Of a stretch of 64,000 nucleotides of DNA, positions 25,842 to 38,705 are shown piece after piece. The stretch comes from Vicugna vicugna. Taxonomy: Eukaryota. The translations under genes were made by a program, and so were the position numbers. The notes under the pieces are model-generated. The model searched no databases. It saw only the letters and a list, made by a program, of their open reading frames with translations, and had not been told where the DNA came from. Position 1 is the first letter of the stretch. Every line of letters begins with the position of its first letter. The stretch is from NCBI GenBank assembly GCA_013265495.1, contig MU061578.1, positions 2,675,308 through 2,739,307 of the forward strand, in the 5' to 3' direction.

Positions 25842-26419
25842 CTATTTACTTTTTTAAAATAGAAATTCCAGTCTTGGCAGAATAGCCTGCAGGTTCAAGT
25901 GCAAAATTATAACATGAAGGTAGACCTTGGGAACCACCCAGCCAGCCGCAGACAAGATCACAGACTTGAAATCGATCAACACAAAAACCCTGCAGGTCTT
26001 CCCACCAGGAAAAGTCTGTTTTGACAGAAGCATTTTGCTGGGACCCAGAGGTCGGCTCACAGGGGTTGTGGAGGGCAGTGCTTAGCCAAGGGCAGTGGGG
26101 AGCAAGGGAGCTCCATCAAGAAGGGTCTGTCTTGCCTGGGGTTCACTCTGCTGAGTTCAACTCGAGTTGTTATCAAAAGGCTTAGACACAAGTAAGCTGG
26201 GCCTGAGGTGGGCACACTGGCTTAACACGGGGTACAGCAGCCATGCCTGACCTCAGGGTTCTCGCCTTCTCTGTCCATATTGTAAGTTTAAAGAGGTGCA
26301 CCATGAATGTCCTCTCAGCTGGGAGAGGGGTGGGGTGTGGCAAGAGAAGATCAGAACTCACCCAATGCCACACAAGTCACACACCACCCACCACTTAGCC
26401 AAAAGCTCCGCCAAACGAA

Positions 26420-26605
26420 GTATAGGCTGAGAGCTTGGGCTTTGGTGCCAGCAGATCCTGGCTTGGCTCCAAGGCTTGGCCAAGTGACTTCAAGTGACTT
26501 CAAATCTCTAAGTCTCTGTTTCTTCATCTATAGGGCTGATGATGGTTCCTACTAGACAAGGCTGATGTAAAGATTAAATAAGATGATATGCTTAAGGCAG
26601 CACAT
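26420..26605 (+). mobile_element. MIR SINE
   Basis: agagcttgggctttgg..ccagcagatcctgg...caagtgactt...ctctgtttcttcatctata...attaaataagatgat. Confidence 0.7.
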
Positions 26606-27010
26606 GATGTCCCAGAAGCAGACCCCCTTGAGATAAGGGTTTGGGTGCAAGCAGTTGATCTGGAAGGTGATCCTAAGAAGCACTGATAGGGGAGTGGGGA
26701 TGTGAGACAGTGATGAAGCCAGTACCCTGCCAAGGGCACCTGGGGCTCATCACACTGAGAAACTCAGGGAGACTGCCTGGAGCGAGTCTCAGAACCTTAT
26801 CTTCTGAAGGGAAAGGAAGCTGGGTTTTGTCTATCCAGCAATACCTGCCTGTGGTCAGCTGAGGATGTGCCCCGTGTGGTTACTTCCTGGTACATCAGGT
26901 CTACCCCATGCATGGCTGAGCAAGAGATGGTCATGGATACAGGAAGAAGCTCTGTGTACAAAGAAGTGGGAGTGCTGATTATGGCCTCAGCAGCATCTGC
27001 TACAGCCACA
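26606..27010 (-). mobile_element. ERVL LTR (LTR33-like)
   Basis: cccagaagcagacccc.tgagataagggtttgggtgcaagcagtt..tctggaaggtgatcc.aagaagcac..ataggggagtgggga.gtgagacag. Confidence 0.7.
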
Positions 27011-27343
27011 TGCCACAGTGGACAAGAGAGCAGATTCTGAAGCCAAGCTGCCTGGAGCTGAATTCTGACTCCATCACCTACCAGTGGTGGGGCCTTGAGG
27101 GAGTCGGGGAGGCAAGAGTCACCAGCTGATAATCAGGGCTGTTGACAGAACATGAAGACAGGAGGAGAAGAGCAAAGGTCACTCCACTGGGCCACAGGGT
27201 TCATTTAAAATGTCAACCCAGTGATCCCTGAGAAATACAAGTACTTTGTAACACAAAATATGAGTGTAAGCAAGACAACCACCCAAAGGTAGGTGAGATA
27301 ACCCAGTGGACATGCAGAAAGAACCCTGTGAACCTCACCTAGA

Positions 27344-27530
27344 GCAGTGATTCTCCAGATTCTGTGTATCTGGGTCACCAGGGAGGGTTGATAAAAGGCA
27401 GATTCCTGGGCTGCAGCACCAGAGATTCTAATGTAAGTCCCTAGTGGGGCCCAGGAATTTGCATTTTAGCAAGATCTCCATGTGATTTGATGCAGACAGA
27501 CAAAGGACCCTGTTTTGAGAAACACAATGC
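27344..27530. mobile_element. MER5A-like DNA transposon
   Basis: cagtgattctc...gcagattcctgggc...gtggggcccaggaatttgcatttta...tttgagaaacac. Confidence 0.8.
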
Positions 27531-28319
27531 TAATAGAATCCAAGGCATTAGTTTTCAGATCTCCTGGAAACACCTGGTAGGTAAGATACACCTCTAGGGA
27601 GAGGTCAGTACTCAGCATTTAAAATGAGTGTGTGCATGTGAACTCACACAACATGTATACATGCACACATCAACACCACCAACAAATAGGGCTTGGAACA
27701 CAAACTGTGTGGACTCAACAAAATAAATGACTCTGCTCCCAACACACTCCAGAAATTATCAAAGAATAATTCATAAGCTCTACCACCACCACAGCCACCA
27801 CCAACTCTCCCCCTAAAAAAACCCTCTTGAGAATGAGCCAAGGTTAATGAGGCTGGTGGTTATCTGCAGAGTAAGTGCTGGCCACACAAGTTAAATTGCC
27901 TGAAGTCGGATTCAATTTATGGGTCCAATTTTTCCAGGAATGCAATGAAAAATGCTCACATGAGAAGACAGGCCAGACACCACAGGCCTGGGTGAGAAGG
28001 AGAGATGGCAGGTTTCCACCAGGACGAACTTGGAATTTGGTCCGGGGAGGGCAGCTGGCTCTCCAGATGCCTTTGTTTCCTCTCAGACTCACCCTTCTCC
28101 TGATCCACCTCCTGAGCCAAAGGCAGCAAGAGGAGTCTCTCCCAAACCTTTCTGTCTCCTTGAGTGATGCTCCCTACCCCCTGCTTCTGAGAGTGAAGGT
28201 GGTTCCCATCTCTCCTTCTTATCCCCCAATCCATCCCCAGATGTTGGGTAGACAGGCTAGGTTCAATGCATGTCGGAGTTCTGATGTGCACAGTGGCAGC
28301 CCAGATCCTTGAAAACTTT

Positions 28320-28495
28320 ATTGCTCAAAGCAGGGTCCTCTTGCCAGCAGCGTCGGCATAAGCATCCACTCAGGATCTTGTCAGAAATGCAGAACTTCAT
28401 CACCCCGCCTCAGACCCACTGAATCAGAAATCTGCATTTTAGTAAGAATCTTATGCAACCTGTGTGTACACATTAAAGTTTGAGGTCCCCACTGT
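28320..28495. mobile_element. MER5-like DNA transposon
   Basis: cttgtcagaaatgcagaa...cctcagacccactgaatcagaaatctgcatttta...attaaagtttgag. Confidence 0.8.
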
Positions 28496-29093
28496 CCTCA
28501 GAATAGGGCTTGAAGTCCTCTTCATGTGGAAGGATCGCTGGCTTAGAAAGTTTGGGGGTTGAGGGGACGATAGACCTCAGCTGTCTACGTGAGGCTCATT
28601 CTAGGTACCCCTAGAGACAGCACCCAGCTCTTCTCCAGTATATGATTTTTTTTCAATATTAATAGGAAATCGGTCACTTTTACACTGTCCCAAAACAAGC
28701 AGAACTGTGTTTGTCAATTTACATAGGCAGTTTCACTTACTTTTAAACTTCTCTCATGAGATCTCAGATGGTGAGACCATGGTCCAAATCAGGGCTGCAC
28801 ACCTGTTTGGGTTTGCTTGCAGTGTTTTCAATTTTTTGTTAATTAGTTGCCAAAATTTTTAAATGAGGATTTCCACATTTTAAAAAAAAAATCTGATTTC
28901 TAACTTCTACTGAAAAAATCAGATCACTTCACACATTCCACCAAAGCTGAGGGTTAGCTGTCCCTCCGGGTACGGCATCTGTGGGCAAGGGAGTTGGTAA
29001 CTCCCAATATCACATTTCTGATGTTTACATGACTTTCGTCTTCGGGAAAACCGAGAGAGCAGGTATATTTCCCCTACACATTCCATCCCTCTA

Positions 29094-29557
29094 TGTTAGT
29101 TTCCTGTGGCTGCTATAACGCACCAGTTGGCTTAAGACAACAGAAATTCATTCTATCACAGTTCTGGAGGCAACAGTCCAAAATCAAGGTGTCAGCAAGA
29201 CTGTGTTCCCTCTGAAGGCTCCAGGGAACGGTCCTTCCTCGCCTCTTCCAGCTACTGGTGGCTCCCAGTAAACCCTGATGTTCCTGGGCTTATAGCTGCG
29301 TCCCTCTAGTCTCTGCCTCCATCACACATGCCCTTCTCCCTGTGTCTCCTCTGTGTCTCCAGATCTAAATCCCCCTGTTCTTTGTCTTGTGAAGACATTG
29401 GTCATTGGATTAGCCCTCCCTGCTTCCCATTCAGTAAGATGGAATCTTAACTTGATTACATCTGCAAAGACCCCATTTCCAAATAAGGCCACATTCACAG
29501 GTACTGGGGGTTAGGACTCAAACATAAGTTTTGAAGGAACATAACTTAACCCACTAT
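29094..29557 (-). mobile_element. MaLR LTR (MLT1C-like)
   Basis: ttagtttcctgtggctgctataac...cagttctggaggc...ttacatctgcaaagacccc.tttccaaataaggccacattcacaggtac. Confidence 0.85.
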
Positions 29558-29574
29558 GTACACCACTAACCACA

Positions 29575-29990
29575 CTCCCCTCCAGCCTCATTTCTTACCC
29601 TTCTCCCTGCCCATCCCAGCTGCCCACCACAACCCTCGGAAGCTCCACTCTGTCCCCCAATCCTTTGCAGAAATGCTTTTTAGCATTTCTCCTTCTGGCC
29701 CCCACCTTGTTCCCACTCATCCTTCAGTCTCAGCCCAGCATCACTTCCCCTGAGAAGCCTTCCTACCCCCAGATCCCCATTAAGGGGATCTTGTCTTTTC
29801 CCAAGTTTTAAGCCATGCCTTGAAGTTGCCTTTTAAAGCATCTCTCCTACCACTGCACATAAACTCTGAGAGGGAGTTTGTCCATTTGTCCACTATGTTA
29901 ACTCTAGCATATAGCACTGCACTGATACACAGTAGGCACTCAGATATTTGTTGAATGAATGAAAGAATGAGCAACAGAATGAATGAAAGG
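29575..29990 (+). mobile_element. L2 3' end
   Basis: catcacttcccctgagaagccttcct...acacagtaggcactcagatatttgttgaatgaatgaa. Confidence 0.75.
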
Positions 29991-31437
29991 GAGAGAGTAG
30001 AGAAGGGAGGAGACAACAGCATATATCACACCCCAGTTTTACAAGGATGTATGCTGTGGCAAGAGATACTTCAAACAAAATGCCTTAGATTGTCAAGAAC
30101 TGCTTGGTGCTTTTTATTCCCTCTCTTAATCAATACTGGCCCCATCTCAGTGTTGCTCCTGTCTCATTAACATTTATCAACAAGCTTGAAGATATGTGGG
30201 TTTTTTGCAATTGTTTCCCAACTCTGAATTTTAGTTCATCTCACAGGCAGCCCATTTAGCATCGGGCAAGGACAAAGGCTTCTTCTAATCTGTATCCCAC
30301 TGGGTGACACTGGCTTTATCAATGTCATTCCCACCCCAGGCCGGCTGGGGCCCTCCCTCCCCCTTTAGAACAGCATCGATTCTAAGAATCTTTCATAATC
30401 CAAACCGACGCTCCATCTTACTCTATCACACCATCTTTTTTGTTGAGAGAGGGGGGTCCTCCCCCATCCTGCCTGGCAGTGATGTACAAGCAAGCAGTTT
30501 CTGTCCCTTCTGTGGAGCAGACGTTGACAAGTACTGAGTGCATTTCAAAGTGCAGAATGAGCTGCATTTGCAGAGGGAAGGAAGGGGCCCCTGGGGTCAA
30601 TCAAGACCTCCCCTGGTGTTTCCTCCCTGCAGCCCCCTTAAGGGAGCTGTGGGCATCTGTCACAGGCCCAAAGTGGTCTCAGAGTGACCCCCTTAGCTTG
30701 CTCCCTGGCAATGACTTCGTTACATTCAAGCCTTTGCTGAGCGCACTCTAGAGACCTCAGGGTTAGTGGCTTTTTGTGTCTAGCCAACCTTGACTTCTAA
30801 ATCGCTTGTTATCAAGTGTATCCCCACAGCCCTGTGAGCACGAAGAGACTATCTTCCTGCACAAGTGGTTGGTAATTTGGTTCACAGCACCTCACATCAG
30901 CTTCTCTGGGCCTCCTTCGGCAGGACTGAGATAGAATGTGTGTTGTTTGAAAGAGCCTCTCACATCTGATAGATTCAAAAAAAAATCACCACTTAAAATT
31001 CATTTTCTCTCTGGGTTTTAATTCATCCAAGGCTTGCTTTCCTTTGTCTGTGGTCTGCGAATCCATCGGGAAGAAGCATCATGGGTGTTGCTCTGTGCCC
31101 GGGATCACACCAGTTGTTCACCTGCATCTCTGATCATGGCACCTGGTGATTCCGACTCACAGCAGGTGGGTCTCAGGTTGGGAAGGGGAGGGCTGAGGGA
31201 CTGCAGGCATTGCCTCAGGAGGAAGAGAGAAAAAGAATCTAAATGACTAGGTCTTACCTTGGTTTTGGCTGGTTGGGAAGCACAGCTCCAGCAAAGCACA
31301 AAATGGACAATTTTTCACACCTACCTCTCAGCCTTCTCCATCTAGCCCGACACCAGGTTCTCTTAGCCTTTGGGAGGCACTTATCTGTGATAATTCCTCC
31401 TGCCCCACCAAGGCTGCTCTTCTTGGAGGAAGGAAGT

Positions 31438-31989
31438 TGTGGTGGCAAAATTATAAGATGGTCCCCAAGATTCCCACCCTCTGGCATCCATGTATAACCT
31501 CCTTGAGTTTTGGGAAGAATCTGTGATTAGGTTACACAGCAAAAAAGAAGGGATTTTCCAATGTGAATAAGGTCCCTAATCAGTTGACTTGGGGTTGAAA
31601 GAGAGATTCTCCTGGTCAGGCCTAGCCTAATCAGGTGAGCCCTTTAAAGAAGGTGATGTTTCAGAGAGATTCACCCTTTGGCCTCCAAGGAGAGGCAGAG
31701 ACTCATGCTGTGAGTTGCCTATGGAGAGGGGCAGTCTCTAGGATCTGACGGCCTCAGCCCCACAACTGCAAGAAACTGAATTTGGCCAACAAACTGAATA
31801 AGTTTGGAGGAATACCCCAATCCCCCGATGAGACCCCAGCCCCTACTGACACCTTGACTGCAGCCTGTGAGACCCAGTTAAACCCTGCCCAGACCCTTGA
31901 TCCATGGAAGCCATGAGATAATAAATGGGTGTTGTTTCAAGCTGCTACATTTGCGGTAATTTGTTAGCCAGCAATAGAAATTTAATATA
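31438..31989 (+). mobile_element. MaLR LTR (MLT1E/F-like)
   Basis: tgtggtggcaaaattataagatggtccccaagatt...ggtaatttgtta..cagcaatagaaa.ttaatata; 5-bp flanks gaagt/gaagc. Confidence 0.85.
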
Positions 31990-32699
31990 GAAGCAAACTA
32001 ACACTTCTGACCAACAATAGAAATTACTTCCATTTCCTCTTCATCTTTATCTCAGCTCTGAAAAATGGATGCTGTTAACTCCATTGGTTATAGATGAGGA
32101 TGAGGCCCAGGGAAGTGATGGAATTTAGCAAAAGCTGTCTCGCTATCTGGTGCTCAAGCTAGAACTCAGCCCCAAGTTCATACAACTAAAGTCCACAATG
32201 TTTAAAACACACACTAAGTTTTGCCCCTCTCCCTCAGCCTTGCTCTTTAGAAACCTGTTCCTTTAATGATAAATTCCAACCAAGTGTTCAAAGTTATTGA
32301 ACTCCTAGTTTTGACAAAATCTAGTAAATTCCCCCCAAAATCAACAGTAATAATAATAAGTAGTATTTTGAGCTCATATGTTTCAATCACTGAGCTACCC
32401 AGTTTATTAATGAAGCACAAAAATGTAAAGAAACTTGCCAAAGATCACACAACCAACAGGCAGTAGAAATAGCACTTGAACCCCGGCAAACTAACATCAG
32501 AGCCCAGTTTTTAACCATCACGCCACACTGCCCTTCACAAAAGTCTTAAGTCTGACGTTCAGGAAAAAACAATGCCCAATAATAGCTTGGAAATGCACAT
32601 ATCTTCTGAAGGCTAAATGGATTATAATTCGCTTTCAGAACTTGGGGGAAATCACAAATAACGATATTTAAGTGAGTTCTTCTGTGTAACCGATGGGAG

Positions 32700-33016
32700 T
32701 AGTCAAAGCAGCTGTTCACAAATATTTTTTGTTCTCCTTCCAGGCATGTGGATGATGGGCGTGACCATGTGATCTGTTCTGGCCAATGAAACGTGAGCAG
32801 AAGTAACTTGTGTCATTTCCAAGTGGAAGACTTAAGAGACCTTCTGTGCGGTCTTCTGTGCTGGTGATCCTGAGTGACTAGAACCGGATAGACTACCCCC
32901 AAAATGCCCAGATACACACTGGACATGTAATATGACCAAGAATAACCATGCTGCACTAAGCCGCTACGATTTAGAGATTGTTGTTACAACAGCATAACCC
33001 AAAACAACCTGACACA
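32700..33016 (+). mobile_element. MaLR LTR (MLT1H/I-like)
   Basis: ccatgtgatctgttctggccaatgaaacgtgagcagaagt...gttgttacaacagcataacc. Confidence 0.7.
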
Positions 33017-34265
33017 GGGGCTAACTAGAGCTTCTTGCCAAAAGCAAAGGCATTTTTAGATTTAATGACATTGTGCACAAAAGAGCTAATACCGACACAA
33101 TCTGCCACTTTGTCAGTGGCAGCTAACAAACCCAAACAAAGTCAACAGTCCTACGTTAAAAGAAACAAATCATTAGGTTGAAAACCGAACCGTCAAAAGA
33201 AGCACAACTGACTGATTTAGTGATTGGTGATGAACATCAGGCACGACACAGATGTTGTCATCATCATCATTTATTGATGCCTAATTGCACATAATGTCTG
33301 ACTAAGGAAAACACAAAGTATTTAATCTCATTATCTGTAGTTGAGAGAAGTAACTCTCCATTTATTGATCCCTTCATTCTGGATTTATTGATAGAGCAAC
33401 TATGATGCGTCAGGCACTGTGCTGGGTGCTGGGGTTACAAGGAGTTGCAGAGCAAAGCAGGTGTGCTCCTGCCCTTGAGGAGCTTATGGGCTATGAGGGG
33501 AGACAAACAAAAAAATAAGAAAGTCCATGAAGAGAGTAGCAAAATGCTGAGAATAACATGGAGTCCATTTTGTAAAGGGGGTCAGGTAAGACCTCTCTGT
33601 GGAGCTGACACTTAAGCTAATACTTAAAGGGAAATCAGAGGCTAGTTTGGAGAAGGAGCAGAAGAAAATCACTCCAGGTTAGAACAACAGGTTCTGAGGT
33701 GGGAAAAGGCTTATTGGGTCCAAAGAACCAAAAGGAGGCCAGAGTGACTGAAGCAGAGTAGGCAAAAAGGAGAAGACAAGAAGGAGGTGGAGAGGTGGGC
33801 AGGAGCAGCAGGAGACACAAGGCCTCAATTTTATTCTCCATGCAATGTGAAGCCAACACAGGGACCCTATACGATCCCTTTAGCTTCCACATGGAAAATG
33901 GATTGCTGAGGGTTAAGAGCAGAAACAGGAAGACCAGTTATGAGACTGCTGCCATAGCCCAGCTGAGGTATGATGTCCTGGGTTAAGACAGTGGCAGCAA
34001 AGATGGAGAGAATGGACAACTTGAGAACTCAGAATCACAGGACCAGCTGATGGGGAGAGAAGGCAAAAGAGGGCAATGCCTGGTTTACTACCTTGAACAG
34101 CTGGGTAGACTGTATGCCGTTTAAGGAATAGTGGAGGCACATTGGGAGCACAAGGGTAGAGGGGGATAAAAAGCAAGAGTTTGATGTTGGTGGCTTTGGA
34201 TGTGTTAAGCATGAGATGTTAATTTTGTTGACACGTAGAGAAGAAAACAAGAAAAACATTGGCTG

Positions 34266-34592
34266 GAGGAGGTGCCAAGATGACAGAGCAGAGAGACTCA
34301 CAGCTCGCCCTCTCCCACAAATACACCAAGAATTACATCTACAAACCCACTGAATCGCACAGAACACCTGCTGAACTCTGACAGAGTGTCTCTCGCTTCG
34401 AAATACAGGAGGATTCTCACAAAATCCAATAAACAACAAGTTTATACTGCATAGCACAGGGAACTATATTCAGCATCTCGTAGTAACTTGTGAAAAAGAA
34501 AATGAAAATGAATATAAGTATGTTCATGTATGACTGAAGCATTATCCTGTACACCAGAAATTGACACACTGTAAACTGACTATACTTCAGTC

Positions 34593-34633
<41 letters not shown>

Positions 34634-34643
34634 AAAAAAGGAA
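34266..34643 (+). mobile_element. ~380-bp L1-derived element: L1 5' end fused directly to L1 3' UTR, (CA)n/A tail, 17-bp TSD
   Basis: Starts gaggaggtgccaagatgacagag (L1 5' terminus with YY1-like CAAGATG); from 34429 matches the 3' UTR of the L1 at 2002-2180; TSD AAGAAAAAC(A/G)TTGGCTG at 34249-34265 and 34644-34660. Confidence 0.85.
34596..34631. repeat. (AC)18 microsatellite in the tail of the L1-derived element
   Basis: Direct reading. Confidence 0.95.
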
Positions 34644-35699
34644 AAGAAAAACGTTGGCTGTGTAGGTTTAGTGTTCAAAGGAGAAGTCAGATGGAAACGG
34701 ACCTTTGAGAGTCATCAGTCAAAGAGTGGTAGCTAAATTTGTGGAAATGGATGGACTCACCTAGCAAGCAAGTCAAGAAAGAGCAGAGAAGAATGTCTGG
34801 ACTAGGCTGTGAGAACAGCCAACATTTAAGAGGGGACTGTGCTGGACAAGCAAAGACCTGATCCAATGCTATCCCCCTCACTCCCAACCCTGCATCATGC
34901 CAAGATGGTGCTCAGCCTCTAGGAATTTCCAGTGAGCCCCCACGTGCCTCTCTTTCTTCTGAGGCCTTTTCCAAAATCCTCCTTTCATTCTTAGGGAAAT
35001 GGGATTCTAAACATAACTGCCTTTTCCTCTCCCATCCAGTCTAAGCAAAAACTTTTGCCTATGAGAGGAATACAGAAGCCTTCAGTGTCTGTTCTGCGCT
35101 GCTAATTCCATCAGATTTCTCGTTATTCATGCCTGGCAGTCTAATTTTCTTCTTTTGCCTCTCCCAGCATGGTCGTAGCCTTAATTATTGACCTTTTCAC
35201 TCTTCGAACACCACCTCTTCCCCTTGTCTTTGTTCTCAGGAAGTTCTGCTCATGTGATTATCTGCTAGAGCCTCACCTGGGGATAGAAATTGGTTTCTGT
35301 GGACAAGTCCTCCCCTTCTAATCTCAATCAGACAAGGCAGAGATCTCTGTACATCAGATATTAAACTCACACTTGACAGATCATGCTTCTGGTTTCTTTC
35401 TTGCCAGCCTGTGGGTTAATAGGTTTACATCCTTCGCAGAGGTGTCTCACCAAATTTTCATGAGGTTGGATTTCCCAAGGGCGACAGTCACTCCTACTCT
35501 CTTCCTCCTGCTCAAAAAGCAGCAGGGGAGAGTGTTACGTCATCACACTTGCAGAGTATGCATCTTGTTCTCAGGACCACATTTTAAGAGAGATGGACAA
35601 ACCAGCAGGCATTCACAACGGAGCAGAAAATCAAAGCCACACCAAATAAGCAACAGTCAAAAGAGTTAGCGATGTTCAGTCCAAAGAGAATATGCTGGT

Positions 35700-35925
35700 G
35701 CAGAAGTCAGGAAATGATGGCCCACAGACCAAATCTGACCTGCCGTGTGTTTTTGTAAATAAAGTTTTATTGGAACTCAGCCATGTCCATTTGTTTATGT
35801 ATTGTCTACAGTTCCTTATCATGCTATAGTCACAGAGCTGAGTAGTTGTGACAGAGACTGGCAGGCTTGCAAGGTCTGAAATATTTACTACTTGGCTCAT
35901 CATAGAAAAAGTATACCAATCCCTC
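35700..35925 (+). mobile_element. MER58A-like DNA transposon
   Basis: ggcccacagaccaaatctgacc...gtaaataaagttttattggaac.cagcca...gagtagttgtgacagagac...tgaaatatttacta. Confidence 0.85.
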
Positions 35926-36659
35926 CTCTGGAAAGGGAAAGGAGTGAGGGAGGGATGGAGGAGAAGAGGGGAAAATATGACTGTATTCAAATATCTAATG
36001 GAAGAAAGAGGAACTTGATTTATTCAGCATGGCCCAAGATACCAAACAAGGAGCAATAGGTTGAAGCTCCAGGACAAGAGTTCAGCTGAAGATAAGGATG
36101 AGCTCTCCATCAGGCATGGAAACCACACCAGAGTGGCTGCCTGAAGCAGCGAAGATGATATATTGTTGGATATCCACATGGGTCGGGTGGTCTAAGATTC
36201 CCCAGAGGTATGCAGGTTTAGCTCAAGATTTTGCTAAAGGCAGCATGCAATTGGAAGAGGTTTTGAAAGGCAGGGTGAGGTTGGAGAAAAAGCTGTGGCT
36301 AGAGAGAGCAGAGGGGAGAAATTATGGGGAGGAAAGACAGAGTGATGTGGCCATGTAGTGAGGAACTTGATAAAAGATGGAGGTTTAACTGTTTGGTCTG
36401 TGAATATAATCTTTTATTCTATGTTCTCCTAGAATCTTCAGTTAAAGCAATAGCCTTTATTTCTGGGGTTGTATTTGTGGCAATTTTGAGGAGAGAATGT
36501 GATGTGGTGGCACTTGTCTTAAGGAAATAGCATATTAGCCCAAAGAGACCTGGGTCCATTCCAGTTGAATCAACCCTTGTAGATAAATCACAAGCTTTGG
36601 GATTTCCCTGAGGAAGGTCCAAATCTGTGAAAATTTCACAGGAGTTGTCCAAACCCTTA

Positions 36660-36940
36660 CAATGTACAACAGTAATACAAACTATATTTGTATTTATAAG
36701 TACAAGAGTAATATAAACTATAATATAAACTATGAGCTGTAATATAAACTATGGACTTTGGGTGACTATGATGTGTCAATGTAGGTTCACCAATTGTAAC
36801 AAATGTACCACTCCAGTGGGGGTGTTGATAATGGGGGAGGCTGTGCACGTGTAGGGCAGAGGGCATATGGGAAATCTCTGTACCTTCCTCTTGATTTTGC
36901 TGTGAACATAAAACAGCTCCAAAAAAAAATGTCTTTAAAG
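36660..36940 (+). mobile_element. L1MC-like 3' end with local TAATATAAACTA reiterations
   Basis: taaactatggactttgggtga..atgatgtgtcaatgtaggttca..aattgtaacaaatgtaccact...gggaaatctctgtacctt. Confidence 0.85.
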
Positions 36941-37084
36941 AAAAGTTTCATTAAAAGTTTCAAACAAGAAGGACATTGAGGATATAAGTTGGCTCCGGGT
37001 TGGATCCTAGGAACTCATGGATCTTCAGCAGATGGGAAATGTGTACCCCACCTGCCCACACCCTCATGGGCTACTTCTATTGCA

Positions 37085-37545
37085 CTCAAAATTTAGTAGC
37101 TTTGAAACACAACAATTTATTATTTCTCATGATTCTGTGAGTTCATTGGGCATTTCCTCTGCTAGTCTCACCTGGGCTCACATGCAGTTGAAAGCCCAGC
37201 TGGGCTGGAAAGGTGCCCGATGGCTTCATTTACATGCCTGGCAGATGGTGCTGCTGGTGTCCAGGAACTTGGTTTTCCTTCATATGCCCTCTCATCTTCC
37301 AGAGCCCTCCTCCCCTTGAGCAGGAGAGCCAGGGCTTACTTGGTGCTGGCTTCCAAGAGAGCAAAAATAAGGGAAGCTACAAGGGCTCTCAGAGCTTAAG
37401 ACTGAAAGTTGGACACTATCACCTGAGCCGCATTCTATTGGTCAAAGCAAGTCATAGGCAAGTCAGAGGACCTCTTGATGAAGAATTTGCAATTACACTT
37501 CAAAAGGGCATTTGTGGGATGTTGCACTCATCTTCGGAAAATACC
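37085..37545 (-). mobile_element. MaLR LTR (MLT1F/G/H-like)
   Basis: caaaatttagtagcttt.aaacacaacaatttattatttctcatgattctgtg...cattctattggtcaaagcaagtcata. Confidence 0.75.
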
Positions 37546-37989
37546 TAACACACACACTCATACACATACTCTTATATGCAACCGTCCCTCAAGGTGCATC
37601 CATGGCAAGGCAGAACCTCAACTCTACAGCACTCAACGGAAGAAAGAAATTAGAGTGTCCTACATGTCAGTTTTCTCTTGCTTGACTTCAGCGCCATCAT
37701 AAGCGGACCCTATCAGAGTTCACATACCTTGAGAAGCATTGTAATTGATCTTTGGATTAATCAGTAAGTATCTGAATCCACAGCAACAGTCTGTGCATAG
37801 GAAATGTTCAGCTCATGGCAGGTTTTTCTTTTCTGCTAAATCATGCTGAGAGAACCACAGTGAAAATTTGTATTTTAAAAAAATCTTTAAAGCCCCAATC
37901 ATTAACAAATTTAACAGGATACATCTCCTAATCCTTTCCTTTCATCATGAACATCTCTTATTTTTTCAGCCTAATGCCCCCCACTGCTA

Positions 37990-38705
37990 TTGAGACTCAC
38001 ACTTCTTCCTAGCCTAGTCATGTGGCTCTAGTGGGGGCTACCATGTTCTTACATGACTCCGCCCCCTTGGCCACAGTTGATTGGTCCAGAGATGGGCATC
38101 CGACCCAAACAAGCCAATCAGATTTCTTCCCTCAGATTTGTTTTTCCCTCAGATTTGTTTTTCCTAGGTGGAAGTGGAAAAATATAATCATGCTCTGTGA
38201 TGAACAGGAACTGTGGAATGAGACAAAGAGGAGCATTTGTGGCCACATTCCTCACCTTATGGAAAAAGCCAATCCTGAGTGAGAGAAAATTAAAGTGATA
38301 TGTAAACAAAGGCAGACACAGAGATGCAGAGAGAGATCTGGTGGTGTGTGAGTCCCTGATTCCTGGAGCCCAGCTGTATCCCTGCCTTTTTGCAAAGTGG
38401 TTTCAATGACATGACATTTGGGAAATTATGCCCAAAAAGGACTCTTGCAGATGCCATGTCCATAGCCGATTGGTATTCACCATTCTAGTACTGCATGCAC
38501 CCCATGTTAGCCTCCTTCCCTTCCTTGAAGCACTTCCCTATGCCCCTATTGGTGCTCTCTGGGGTCACCTCCCAAATAAACCACTTGTGCTCCCATCCTT
38601 GTCTCAGGGTCTGCTTTAAGGGAAAACCAGACTAAAGTATGATCCCTTTTCTTACCTACAGTAGTAAGATGTGGGTTTCTGTCACTTGAAACCAAGAGTT
38701 CTGAA
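37990..38705 (+). mobile_element. Old MaLR LTR (MLT1J/K-like) with nested ERVL LTR fragment (~38400-38637)
   Basis: gattggtccagagatgggcat..gacccaa...ccaatcaga; cacctcccaaataaaccacttg...ccttgtctcagggtctgcttt; gggtttctgtcacttgaaaccaa. Confidence 0.6.

Larger units (their letters stand above)
33360..34850 (-). mobile_element. L2, interrupted by the L1-derived insertion at 34266-34643
   Basis: tcaggcactgtgctgggtgctgggg...cctgcccttgaggagctta; continues after 34660 with tttgagagtcatcag. Confidence 0.75.

Noticed and set aside
36670..36755. Repeated TAATATAAACTA units resembling a spaced array
   Set aside because: Three to four irregular slippage copies within an L1MC 3' end; not a CRISPR-like repeat-spacer array.
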